From Candidatus Multivoradales bacterium (GTDB lineage Bacteria > Acidobacteriota > Thermoanaerobaculia > Multivoradales > JAHEKO01), in NCBI GenBank assembly GCA_965223155.1, contig CBDCVR010000013.1:64001-128000 (forward strand): a stretch of DNA of 64,000 nucleotides. Reading direction: 5' to 3'. The position numbers and the translations under genes are program-made. The notes under the pieces were generated by a model. The model made no database searches. It had not been told where the DNA came from and was given only the letters and a program-made list of their open reading frames with translations. Shown here in pieces: positions 39,216 through 48,786 of the stretch; the stretch's first letter is position 1, and the number at the start of each line of letters is the position of its first letter.

Positions 39216-41912
39216 CTAGGCGGGCCCCGGCACGTTGATGCCGCGGTAGGAGAGGACGGGCTCTTCGTCGCCGAGGGCGTGGGACGGGATGCTGCCCTTG
39301 ACCCTTAGGGTCTCACCCGGAAGGAGCGTTACGTAGTTGTCGCTCCACAGGACCGGAGCCGCGCGCCGGCCGGATTCGGCGCCCATGATCTTGAGCTCGA
39401 CGAAGAAGGCCAATCGCTCGGACGGATTGCTGAGGGTCACGGCCACGTCGTAGCCCTCGGAGGTGCCGTCGAAGCGGTGCTCGACGTCGAGGGCGACCTC
39501 GGGCATCCGAGCCAGGCCGGTCAGGTCGGCATAGTCCGCCATGGGAGTCACGAACCACTCGGAGGCGTCCCAATCGTGGACGTCCTCGCTAGTAGAGAGC
39601 CAGTAGAGGCTTCGGGCCAGCTCGGTGCTCCCGGTGGCGGCTGAGTCCTCGGTATCGGCCGCGGTTTCGAGGCGGGCGTCCAGAAAGTAGGCGCCTCCCG
39701 AAGTCGCGATCGGTGGCAGGGTCGCAACCCGTTCGAGGGACTCGGCGGCTACGTCCAGCGAGATCTCGTCCTCGAAGAGGGTCTTGGAGTCGAGGTCCAG
39801 GACCCGGAGCCGGACGGTGGCGCCGGCCAGCTCCCGGCCGGTGTCGTTGACGACCACGATGCCGCGGTCGGCGTAGTCGTAGGCGATGTTGGTCGGGCGC
39901 GAGGCGTCCCGGGCACCGTAGAAGGCTCCGTTGGGCACCAGGTAGTGATCGTAAAGCTGCCAGTACATCTCGGGCCATGCGGAGTTGAGCATCCACTGGA
40001 TGAGCCCGGTGGTCTCAGGACGGCGAATCGAGAACGCTTCGAACATGGCCCGCATGCCCTCGTAGTTCGCGACCTGGGCGACGCGGGCGAACTCGTCCAG
40101 CCCTTTGGTCGGTCCGTAGCGCCGGTCGAGGGCTTCCCGGTAGCGGTCGAGCGTGTTGAAGTTGTGGCGGCCGCAGTGGTAGTGCCACATATCGTCGATC
40201 GGCCACCAGTTTTCCTCCGGCAACATGCGCCGGATGCTGTCGGCCGGTGGCGGCTGCGGACCAGGTCCGGTCTCGCTGTTGAAGCCGTAGGCGCCACCCC
40301 GTTCGCTGTCCAGGTACCAGTAGCTGGGTGCGACCCAATCGTAGGGTCCTAGCATCTTGACGCCGCTCGGACCGCTGACCTCGCTGACGCCGCGGGCGCA
40401 GGAGGCCAGGGTGGGCCGCGTCGGATCCACCTCGGCAAGCTCGGCGTAGTAGCGTCGCTCCAGCTCGGGCCGGGGCAGCATGTCGCTGGCGAGCGCCCAG
40501 ACCAGGACGCTGGGATGGTTCCTGAGCCAGCGGACCTGGTCGGCCAGGGACCGAGACACCAGGCTCATCTCTTCCGGTGTGTCGATACCGCCGAACTCAT
40601 CGACCGGCGCGCCCAGGTACTCCTCCCATTCCCACTGGCAGCTCCAGCCGACGATCACCAGCAGTCCGTAGCGGTCGGCCAGCTCGTAGAGGCGCTGGCT
40701 GCTGCCCCAGAAGCCTTCCAGCCGGAGCGTGTTGAGATTCATGTGTTTGGCGTAGCGGATCTGGTCTTCGATCTTGCGGTCGGTGTCGGCCAAGAGCATG
40801 TCGTCGACCCACCCGCCGCCCCGAATCAAGACCTTCTTGCCATTGACCGCGTAGCCCCGGTAGCCCTCCTCGGTGAGGTAGTCCGAGACCTCGCGAATGC
40901 CGAAGGTGACGGCCTTGCGGTCGGCGATCTCGTTGCCGGTACGGAGCTCGAGGCCCAGGTCGTAGAGCTCGGGCTCACCCATCAGATTCGGCCACCAGAG
41001 CCGTGGACTCGCGATCTCGAAGGCGGGGATCGTGTTGGCGGTCAGGGTGAGCCTGCGATGTTCGTTGGCGTCGAGCTCGACCTCGTGCTCGAACTCGACC
41101 CCACCGGTCACCGTGCCGGCGACCGTCGCGGAGACAGGATCGTCGGAGTGGTTGCGCACCGTCACTTCGAGCGTCAGCCAGGCCTTGTCGAGGGTGTCGA
41201 GATCGACCTCGGTGCGCATGAAGACGTCGGCCAGGGAGGTCGAGCCCGTGCGGCGCAGACGGACTTCGCGCCAGAGGCCCATGTTGCGGTCTGGCGACGT
41301 GGGGTTCCAGTCCACGAAGCCCAGTGACGGATCACCGGGCTTCGGCGGGTGGACCAGCACGGCCAGGGCGTTGGCTCCCGCCGACAGGCGGCCGGTCACG
41401 TCGAGCTCCCAGATACGAAAGGATCCCTCGAGCTCTTCACGCGCGGCGACCTTGTGACCGTTGAGCCACACGTCGGCTGCGTAGTTGATGCCTTCGAAGA
41501 CCAGGCTGGCCGTGTCCGGGAGCGAATCGTCGATCGAGAAGACCGTGCGATACCACCAGGGCTCATCGAAGCGGCCGGCATCGAGGGCTTCCAGGTTGCG
41601 GGCGTAGTAGGGGTCCGGAATCTCGCCGGCTCGGTAGAGAGCCGCGACCACGGTCGAGGGCACCGAGGTTGGCGTCCAGTCGCCGTCGTCGAAGCCTTGG
41701 GTGGCGACCTCCGCGCCCCCGTTGGGCGTGGCGCTCGCCGGCGCGATGCGCCAGCTCTCGCGCAGTACCGACTCGAAGGCGGCATGATCTCCGGGCTCGG
41801 AATGCCGCGCGGGGGCGCAGCCCGCCAGCACGAGAGGAAGCGACAGGATCGACAGGACTAGGACTAGAAGGCGGAAGGCTGGAAGGGGGCGCAGGCCCCG
41901 GCGCTTGGGCAT
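39216..41912 (-). CDS. GH2 exo-beta-D-glucosaminidase (CsxA-like), lipoprotein
   Basis: FEGINY, VDWNP, LWWP, RGGGW, RLEG, GWSCQ; ASD (acid/base Asp as in CsxA, not NE) and FNSETG (nucleophile Glu); WMLN, WSDNY; lipobox LAGC. Confidence 0.85.
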   Translation of the reverse strand: MPKRRGLRPLPAFRLLVLVLSILSLPLVLAGCAPARHSEPGDHAAFESVLRESWRIAPASATPNGGAEVATQGFDDGDWTPTSVPSTVVAALYRAGEIPDPYYARNLEALDAGRFDEPWWYRTVFSIDDSLPDTASLVFEGINYAADVWLNGHKVAAREELEGSFRIWELDVTGRLSAGANALAVLVHPPKPGDPSLGFVDWNPTSPDRNMGLWREVRLRRTGSTSLADVFMRTEVDLDTLDKAWLTLEVTVRNHSDDPVSATVAGTVTGGVEFEHEVELDANEHRRLTLTANTIPAFEIASPRLWWPNLMGEPELYDLGLELRTGNEIADRKAVTFGIREVSDYLTEEGYRGYAVNGKKVLIRGGGWVDDMLLADTDRKIEDQIRYAKHMNLNTLRLEGFWGSSQRLYELADRYGLLVIVGWSCQWEWEEYLGAPVDEFGGIDTPEEMSLVSRSLADQVRWLRNHPSVLVWALASDMLPRPELERRYYAELAEVDPTRPTLASCARGVSEVSGPSGVKMLGPYDWVAPSYWYLDSERGGAYGFNSETGPGPQPPPADSIRRMLPEENWWPIDDMWHYHCGRHNFNTLDRYREALDRRYGPTKGLDEFARVAQVANYEGMRAMFEAFSIRRPETTGLIQWMLNSAWPEMYWQLYDHYLVPNGAFYGARDASRPTNIAYDYADRGIVVVNDTGRELAGATVRLRVLDLDSKTLFEDEISLDVAAESLERVATLPPIATSGGAYFLDARLETAADTEDSAATGSTELARSLYWLSTSEDVHDWDASEWFVTPMADYADLTGLARMPEVALDVEHRFDGTSEGYDVAVTLSNPSERLAFFVELKIMGAESGRRAAPVLWSDNYVTLLPGETLRVKGSIPSHALGDEEPVLSYRGINVPGPA

Positions 41913-41998
41913 CGTTGTCTCCCGAAAAAGGTGTCCCGCTTGCAAGCTCCGCGGGAGGATATCCTACGGTCGCGCGCTGTCGACGGCCGCAGCCTGCC

Positions 41999-43036
41999 AT
42001 GACCCTGCTCTCCGAGATTCGTGAACAGCCCGCGGTTCTGGAGCGGCAACTGGAGGCCCGGAACGCCACGGCCGAAGAGATCGCCGTCGAGCTGAGACGC
42101 CGCACGATCCGGCAGGTCGTGATTGCCGCCCGCGGCTCTTCGGACAACGCCGCGCTCTATGCCAAGTATCTCGGCGGCTGGCTCAACCGGATCCCGGTGG
42201 CTCTGGCGACGCCGTCGCTCCATACCCTGTACGCCAAGCCGCCGGCGCTTCGGGAGGCGCTGGTCGTGGGGATCTCCCAGTCAGGCGAGTCGCCCGATAT
42301 CGTTCGCGTGGTCCGGGACGGGCGCCGCGACGGCGCGGTCACTCTGGCGATTACCAACGAGCCGGGATCGCCACTCGCCCGGGAGGCGGATCTTGTCTTC
42401 GCCACCGAGGCCGGAGCCGAGCTGGCGGTGGCGGCCACCAAGACCTATACCGCGCAGCTTCTGGGCGTCGCGATGGTGGCGGCGGCAACCGCCGGGGATC
42501 GGGAGCGGCTGGCTGAGCTCGAGCGCGTGCCCGAGCTGGTGAGGCAAACGCTGGAGCTCGACGAGGCCGCGCGGGAAGCGGCGGAAAACTACCCGTCGTT
42601 CGAGCGCTGCGTGGTGCTGGGACGGGGATTCCACTACGCGACCGTCCGGGAATGGTCGCTCAAGCTGCAAGAGCTGACCTACGCCGTGGCCGAACCGTAC
42701 TCGTCCGCGGATTTTCGGCACGGACCGCTGGCGGTGGTCTCGGCCGGGTTCCCGGTGCTGGCGGTGGCTCCCGCCGGCGCCACCTACGACAGCGTGTGCG
42801 ATCTTCTGGAGGTTCTGGTCGAGGAGCGCGGGGCGGACCTGATGGTGCTCTCCAACGGAGAGCGGGCACTGGCCGGCGCGCGCCGATCGATCCGGCTGGC
42901 CCCTGATCTGCCCGAGTGGCTGAGTCCCTTGGTGGCCATCGTGCCCGCGCAGCTCTTCTGCTACCACCTGACGCGTGCCCTGGGGCGCGATACGGAACGG
43001 CCACGGGGCCTAAGCAAGGTTACCCGGACTCTGTAG
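41999..43036 (+). CDS. Tandem SIS-domain protein, glucosamine-6-phosphate deaminase type (GlmD/NagB-II-like)
   Basis: EIREQP, ARGSSDNA, SQSGES, AVAATKTY, LKLQE, FRHGP and C-terminal PRGLSKVT; no glutaminase domain. Confidence 0.85.
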   Translation: MTLLSEIREQPAVLERQLEARNATAEEIAVELRRRTIRQVVIAARGSSDNAALYAKYLGGWLNRIPVALATPSLHTLYAKPPALREALVVGISQSGESPDIVRVVRDGRRDGAVTLAITNEPGSPLAREADLVFATEAGAELAVAATKTYTAQLLGVAMVAAATAGDRERLAELERVPELVRQTLELDEAAREAAENYPSFERCVVLGRGFHYATVREWSLKLQELTYAVAEPYSSADFRHGPLAVVSAGFPVLAVAPAGATYDSVCDLLEVLVEERGADLMVLSNGERALAGARRSIRLAPDLPEWLSPLVAIVPAQLFCYHLTRALGRDTERPRGLSKVTRTL

Positions 43037-45244
43037 ATGAAGACACGCGCGGTGGCCGGACGGCGGACCGAGATCCCTCGATGGGGCGTTGCCGGAAGCG
43101 TTCACCGCGCCGGTGGCGCGGGCTGGGTTGTCGTGGCCGTGCTTCTGGCTACCGCCGCCGCGATGGCCTGCAGGGGGCCGGCCTCCGAGGATGCCGTGGA
43201 GACGGGCGAGGAGGTAGCGCCGCGCGGGACGGCTGTGGCTCCCGAGGTCCGGCGCCGGGCCGGACTCGACGTGATCCTGATCACCGTCGACACGCTTCGG
43301 ACCGATGCTCTCGGCTCATACGGGCGGGCGGGGGCCGCGACGCCCTGGATGGATCGGCTGGCCGCGGAGGGTGTGCGCTTCGAGACCGCCCACGCCCACA
43401 ACGTGCTGACCTTGCCCTCGCACGCCAACATCCTGTCCGGCCGCCATCCCCAGGAGCACGGCGTGCGCGACAACTCGGGCTTCCGCTTCCCGGACGAGGT
43501 GCCCCTCCTGGCTCAGGTGCTGGCGGAGAGCGGCTACCGCACCGGAGCCTTCGTCAGCGCCTTTCCCCTGGACTCGCGCTTCGGTCTGGCGCGTGGATTC
43601 GAGGTGTACGAGGACAGCTTTGTCGATACCGCCGGCCGGCCGGCCTTCCTGGAGCAGGAGCGGCCGGGGCCGGAGACGGTGCGGCTGGCCCGTGAATGGC
43701 TGGAGCGGGACGATCCGCGTCCCTCGTTTCTGTGGCTCCACCTCTACGAGCCGCACTTCCCGTACGCTCCGCCCGAGCCGTGGGCCTCCAGATTCGCCTC
43801 GGAGCCGTATCAGGGCGACGTCGCCGCCGCCGACGCCGCCCTGGGCGAGCTGCTCGGCCCGGTGCTGGCCGAGGAGGCCGGGGCGCTGATCGTCCTGACC
43901 TCGGACCACGGCGAATCGTTGGGCGAGCACGGCGAGGCCACGCACGGGATCTTTGCCTACGAAGGCGTGCTGCGGGTGCCGCTGATCCTCCACCAGCCGG
44001 AGCTTTTCGCCCCGGCTGTGGTCACAAGTCCCGCGCGCCACGTAGATCTGATGCCCACGATCCTGGATGCGTTGACGCTGCCGGTACCCGAGGGCACCAG
44101 CGGTCGGAGCCTGCTTGCAGTCGCCTCGGGCAGGCCCGAGCCGGATCCCCGGGAGGTCTACTTCGAAGCGCTGTCTGGCCAGCTCAATCGCGGCTGGGCG
44201 CCTCTCTATGGATTGATCCGGGAAGGCTGGAAGTACATCGATCTGCCGATCCCCGAGCTCTACGATCTGGCCTCCGACCCGAGGGAGGCCAACAACCGGG
44301 CCGGCGCGCACCCCGAGCTGGTGGCCGCCGCTCGGCGGGCACTCGAGTCCTACCAGACCGCGGACGTGTCTCGGCCCGCCGAGGAATCCGGCGAAGTCCG
44401 CCGCCGCCTAGCGGCCCTCGGGTACGTGAGTGGCGCGACCGCCGAGACGGCCGGGCCTTGGACCGAGGACGACGATCCCAAGCGGCTCATCGAGATCGAC
44501 GCTCGCCTGCGCGAGGTGGTGACCCGGTACGAGTCGGGAGACCGGGCCGGCGCCCTGGCTGAGTGCGAGCGGCTGGCCCGGCGGCGGCCGGGCATGCGGG
44601 TGATCCAGCTCTACCTGGCCCAGCTCTACCGGGAGGCCGGCAACTTCGACCGGGCGATCGATGCCCTCGGGGCGGCGCTGGAGCTGCGCCCGGAGGATCC
44701 CGAAGCGCTGGCTGTCCTGGCTTCGACGCTGACCCAGGCGGGAAGGGCCGAGGACGCGGTCGCGCTGACTCGAGGGGCGGCCGACCTTGAGGTCGTGCTG
44801 ACCCGAAGCCTGGCCCTTGCCCGGCTGGGCCGGACGGAGGATGCGTTGGCCGCGGTCCGGAAGGCCGTGGAGGCCGATCCCGGCAATCCCAAGGTTGACG
44901 TCTATCGGGGGACCGTCGAGCTCATGGCGGGGCGGCCCGGCCCCGCCCGCCGGGCCTTCGAGCGGGCCCTCGAGAAACACCCCGGCACGGCCAGCGCCTC
45001 GAGCGCCCTGGCGCTCATGGATCTCGAGGAAGGACGACTCGAAGCCTCGGTCGCGCGCTGGCGGGACGCCGTTGCCGCCGACGCCAGAGAGCTGGACAAG
45101 CTCTTTGCGGCGGGGCGGGGACTCTCGAGCGCCGGCCGGACGCGGCAGGCGAGAGCGCTGCTCGAGCTCTATCTGGAGCTCGCGCCCTCGCCGGGAACGG
45201 ATCCGAGGGCGACAGAGGCGCGCCGTCTCCTGGCCGCGTCTTGA
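43037..45244 (+). CDS. Sulfatase-like hydrolase/transferase with C-terminal TPRs
   Basis: DTLRTD, TLPSHANILSG, HLYEPH, TSDHGE, THG, ELYDL; TPR tail; putative lipobox AMAC. Confidence 0.88.
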   Translation: MKTRAVAGRRTEIPRWGVAGSVHRAGGAGWVVVAVLLATAAAMACRGPASEDAVETGEEVAPRGTAVAPEVRRRAGLDVILITVDTLRTDALGSYGRAGAATPWMDRLAAEGVRFETAHAHNVLTLPSHANILSGRHPQEHGVRDNSGFRFPDEVPLLAQVLAESGYRTGAFVSAFPLDSRFGLARGFEVYEDSFVDTAGRPAFLEQERPGPETVRLAREWLERDDPRPSFLWLHLYEPHFPYAPPEPWASRFASEPYQGDVAAADAALGELLGPVLAEEAGALIVLTSDHGESLGEHGEATHGIFAYEGVLRVPLILHQPELFAPAVVTSPARHVDLMPTILDALTLPVPEGTSGRSLLAVASGRPEPDPREVYFEALSGQLNRGWAPLYGLIREGWKYIDLPIPELYDLASDPREANNRAGAHPELVAAARRALESYQTADVSRPAEESGEVRRRLAALGYVSGATAETAGPWTEDDDPKRLIEIDARLREVVTRYESGDRAGALAECERLARRRPGMRVIQLYLAQLYREAGNFDRAIDALGAALELRPEDPEALAVLASTLTQAGRAEDAVALTRGAADLEVVLTRSLALARLGRTEDALAAVRKAVEADPGNPKVDVYRGTVELMAGRPGPARRAFERALEKHPGTASASSALALMDLEEGRLEASVARWRDAVAADARELDKLFAAGRGLSSAGRTRQARALLELYLELAPSPGTDPRATEARRLLAAS

Positions 45245-45307
45245 CGCTGTCGGTCTGACACCGGCCCGGGAGCTCTTTGATTCGGGGTCTGCTCGGGTCC
45301 GGGCGGG

Positions 45308-47095
45308 TCAGGGGCCGACGTCCAGCCAGCGACCGACCACCGAACGCTCATCGCTCAGCTCGTCCCGGACCACGACCACGACTTTGTGCACGCCGGGTCG
45401 CATGGTGAGGCGGATGTCGCGCACCATCGAGTCGGTGCGTGCCGCACCGACCGACGAGTTGGGGATGCGCAGCTCGAAGGGCAGCTCCTGGAGCGGCGCG
45501 TCTCGACCCTCCTCGTCGAGAGCCGAGAAATAGAGCTTGACGCGTCCCTGGTGGTGGTCGGATCGGGGAATCAGGGTGACTTTCTCGATCGGGACCGAGA
45601 CGCGAACGGTCACGTCAACGAAACCGTCGGCTTGAGGCGCACTCTGGGGCCCTGCCTCGAGCGTGACCGCCAACGGATTCGACTGGTAGCCGTGGACCAG
45701 GAAGGCTTGCACGCCGTCGTGGATCCGCGCCTCCGCAGATTTGTCCCGGTAGCCCTCGCGATGCCGGAGGCGCCAGCCCTTGGCCGGGCTCTTGAGGCGG
45801 ACTTCGATGCGATGGTAGCGGCCGCGGTCGATGGTCGGAGCGCGGTAGCCGAGCGAATAGTAGTGGCCGAGATCGGTTCCGATCCGGCTGAGCCCCGCGG
45901 CGACGTCGTTGGTGTTGAGGATCGCCCGGCCACCGGTCCGGTCGGCCAGCAGCTCCAGCGAGCCCTGGAGGTTGCGGGCGCGCACGGCCCCGACCGAGCT
46001 GCTGACGGTCAAGGGAGAGTTGATCGACTCGTGTTCCGCGCCCATCGCTCGGGTCGAGAGACCCGAGGCGTCGATGGTGTAGAAGGTGATGCGGTCGGTG
46101 TTGGCCCTGGCGATGAGCGCCAGGTACTTGCGGGAGGCGTCGCGCGCGTGGGCCAGGCTCAAAGCCGATCGATCGGCGAAACGCTGCTGGATGGCTTGGT
46201 AGAGATCCTGTCCCGGGACCAAGGCAAGTCCGTCGCTGACATGAAGCAGCATCTTGCGTCCGGGCAGGCCGGCCAGGGACTCGAGCATTTCGCCCAGGGC
46301 GTCCAGAGCCCGGCCCAACTCATGCTCCTGGTTTTCCGCGAAGCGCTGCGCCGCCCAGATCGCCTCCTGGACCGCCTTGGTCTCGTAGATCGTCTTGACG
46401 GCTTGGGCCCGCTCGGATTCTCGCTCCAGTCCCATGCCCGAGACCTTTTCGAGGTCGAGAAGCGCCCGGTTGACGGCTTCGGCGTCGCCGGTGAAGGGAT
46501 GGCGGATCTGGAGCGAGCGATCGTACGACGCCAGCATCAGCTCGTCGCCGTGCACCAGCGTTTCTCGCAGGAAGGTCCGCAGCCGGGCGAACACCCGGTT
46601 CCGGTTCAGCGGATGGATGTTGTAGTTGTCGACGTAGACGATGAGGTGGAGCCGCTGGGACTCTGGGACCTCGGCCCGGAGGGTCGGCGGCTCGGCTGGC
46701 TCAGCTGGCTCAGCTGGCCGGGCCGGCTGCGGGTTCGCTGGTGTCGGCTCCGGTGCGGAGGGAGGCGGAGCCTGGCCCTCGGCCGGGTTTCCCGCCGCCG
46801 GGATCGGCGTCGCGCCGCCCGGAACGCCGCCCTCGACGAGATAGAAGTTGACGACCTCCACAGGTCGCCCGTCCTCCAGGACCTCGAAGTCCTCCGGCCC
46901 GAGTCCGGGGACCGGATTGCCCTCGCGGTCGCGTACGTAGACTTCGACGTTGACCACGTTGACCGCGATCTGCTCGACGAACGGCCCGGACTCGGGCTGG
47001 CCGTCCGGCTGGGCCGCTCCGGGCGCGGCGGCCACCATGGCCAGGAGCGCGCACCCGTAGAGCATGCGGCGAACAGTATTCCTGAGCGTGGGCAT
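45308..47095 (-). CDS. Acidobacterial VWA-related exported protein
   Basis: Signal peptide; VNVEVYVRD..G.PVPGL..EDFEV.EDG, GRKMLLHVSDG, RTGGR, YYSLGY, RHREGY. Confidence 0.85.
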   Translation of the reverse strand: MPTLRNTVRRMLYGCALLAMVAAAPGAAQPDGQPESGPFVEQIAVNVVNVEVYVRDREGNPVPGLGPEDFEVLEDGRPVEVVNFYLVEGGVPGGATPIPAAGNPAEGQAPPPSAPEPTPANPQPARPAEPAEPAEPPTLRAEVPESQRLHLIVYVDNYNIHPLNRNRVFARLRTFLRETLVHGDELMLASYDRSLQIRHPFTGDAEAVNRALLDLEKVSGMGLERESERAQAVKTIYETKAVQEAIWAAQRFAENQEHELGRALDALGEMLESLAGLPGRKMLLHVSDGLALVPGQDLYQAIQQRFADRSALSLAHARDASRKYLALIARANTDRITFYTIDASGLSTRAMGAEHESINSPLTVSSSVGAVRARNLQGSLELLADRTGGRAILNTNDVAAGLSRIGTDLGHYYSLGYRAPTIDRGRYHRIEVRLKSPAKGWRLRHREGYRDKSAEARIHDGVQAFLVHGYQSNPLAVTLEAGPQSAPQADGFVDVTVRVSVPIEKVTLIPRSDHHQGRVKLYFSALDEEGRDAPLQELPFELRIPNSSVGAARTDSMVRDIRLTMRPGVHKVVVVVRDELSDERSVVGRWLDVGP

Positions 47096-47103
47096 CGAGC
47101 CTC

Positions 47104-48786
47104 CTACCGTGGTTGTTCCAGGGTCAGAACCTGGTTGACGGCCAGGTCGTCTCGGCGGCTCTCCGAGCCGTCCGGCCAGCGCACTTCGATCGAGTCCACC
47201 TTGGCCGCCGACCCGAGGCCGAAGTGCTGCCGGAAGTCCTCCTGGGAGAGATACGAGCTGCCGCTGCGCACCAGGCGGATCTGGCGGAGCTCGCCGGTCG
47301 TCACGGTCACCAGCGCTCCGATGGCGTCGGTCAGGGGCGGCGCGCCGCGCAGGTCCACGACCAGCCAGTTCCCGGACTGAGCGAGCTCGTTTCGAAGCAG
47401 CTGCGGGCTGCCGTCCAGATCGCTGACGACGAGGTCGATGCGGCCGTCGTTGTCGAAGTCGGCCGCCGCCAGGCCGCGGCCGACCCGGCGCTCGCTGAAC
47501 GCGGGTCCGAGCTCCGCCCCGATCTCTTCGAAGGTGCCGTCGCGGCGGTTCCGGTAGGCGAGCTTGCGCTGCCGGTAGGGCGCCGAAGCGCCCATGTTGA
47601 CGTGTTCGAGCTGCGGATAGACGTGGCCGTTGACCACGACCAGATCCAGCCAGGCGTCGTTGTCGAAGTCCAGGAACGCGGTCCCCCAACCGACGTAGGG
47701 GAGGCTCGAAGCCGCAATGCCCGACGGGAACGATCCGTCGGTGAAGAAGCGCTCGTCGGCTCGATAGAGGGCGTTGTACTCCTCGGAGAAGTTGGTGACG
47801 AAGAGATCGAAGCGCCCGTGGTTGCGGACGTCGCCCAAAGCCACTCCCATGCTGCCTTGCTCGCCGCCGTCCTCGCTCACCGCCACGCCCAGGGGAAAGG
47901 CGTCGTCGGCGAAGGTGCCGTCCCGTTGGTTGCGGTACAGGAAATTGGGACCCGAGTCGTTGGCGACGAACAGGTCTAGCCAACCGTCGTTGTCGTCGTC
48001 CAGCCAGGCGACTCCAAGGCCGAAGTATTCGTTTGGGTCGTGCACGCCGGCGGCCTCGGAGACCTCTTGAAAGCGTCCGCGCCCGTCGTTGCGAAACAGC
48101 AGGTCCGTGGTTCCGGGCAGGCCGCGCGGACCGCACTGAACCTCGACCCCGCGATACTGGCAGAACTTGCCCTTGCCGAACTCGGGCAGACGATCCAAGG
48201 ACACCGCCACGTACCGGCTGACGAAGAGATCGACATCGCCGTCTCGATCGTAGTCGGCGAAGCCGCAGCCGGTGGACCAACCCGAGGCCTCGATGCCCAA
48301 GACCTGAGCGCTTTCTTCGAAGGTGCCGTCGCCCTGGTTGCGATACAGCCGGTCGGGCCCCACCGCGGTGACGTAGAGGTCGCGCCATCCGTCACCGTCC
48401 ACGTCGGCAACACAGGCGCCCATTCCCCAACCCGGGTAGCCGACGCCGGCCCGGTCGGTAACGTCTTCGAACTTCATCCCGCCCAGGTTCTTGTAGAGAG
48501 CGCTCCGAGCGGCCTTGGGATCGGTCGCGGTCTCGACGGTCAGAGCGTTGACGAAGTAGATGTCGGGCAGATCGTCGTTGTTGTAGTCGAAGACCGCGAC
48601 GCCGCCGCTCATCGATTCCAGGATGTAGCGCTTTTCGGGAGCCGAGTTGTGCCGGAAGGTGATGCCCGAGGTCTCGGTGACGTCGCGGAAGACGGGCTCC
48701 GATGCTTCCTGGGCGAGCGCGGCCGTGGCCGCGGCCAGCGTCCAGAGGACGAGCGCCGCCGACGGCAGGCGCGAGCGATTCCACAT
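47104..48786 (-). CDS. CRTAC1-like FG-GAP / ASPIC-UnbV protein
   Basis: Signal peptide; repeated DxDxDGxxDL motifs; SGSSYLSQ and HFGLG. Confidence 0.9.
   Translation of the reverse strand: MWNRSRLPSAALVLWTLAAATAALAQEASEPVFRDVTETSGITFRHNSAPEKRYILESMSGGVAVFDYNNDDLPDIYFVNALTVETATDPKAARSALYKNLGGMKFEDVTDRAGVGYPGWGMGACVADVDGDGWRDLYVTAVGPDRLYRNQGDGTFEESAQVLGIEASGWSTGCGFADYDRDGDVDLFVSRYVAVSLDRLPEFGKGKFCQYRGVEVQCGPRGLPGTTDLLFRNDGRGRFQEVSEAAGVHDPNEYFGLGVAWLDDDNDGWLDLFVANDSGPNFLYRNQRDGTFADDAFPLGVAVSEDGGEQGSMGVALGDVRNHGRFDLFVTNFSEEYNALYRADERFFTDGSFPSGIAASSLPYVGWGTAFLDFDNDAWLDLVVVNGHVYPQLEHVNMGASAPYRQRKLAYRNRRDGTFEEIGAELGPAFSERRVGRGLAAADFDNDGRIDLVVSDLDGSPQLLRNELAQSGNWLVVDLRGAPPLTDAIGALVTVTTGELRQIRLVRSGSSYLSQEDFRQHFGLGSAAKVDSIEVRWPDGSESRRDDLAVNQVLTLEQPR

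Noticed and set aside
41999-43036. glmS (glutamine-fructose-6-phosphate transaminase)
   Set aside because: No N-terminal glutaminase domain, and the catabolic context favours a deaminase.
46688-46720. Short tandem repeat (PAE)n, and the EPQ repeat at 49884-49915, as phase-variation or CRISPR-like arrays
   Set aside because: In-frame 9-bp units encoding flexible linkers, with no spacers and no cas genes.
47096-48388. 1026-aa ORF suggesting a long N-terminal extension or frameshift fusion of UnbV and VWA
   Set aside because: The extension is Arg/Gly/Pro-rich off-frame translation of the UnbV gene. The VWA has its own ATG (47095), GGAGG RBS and signal peptide, and I saw no slippery site.
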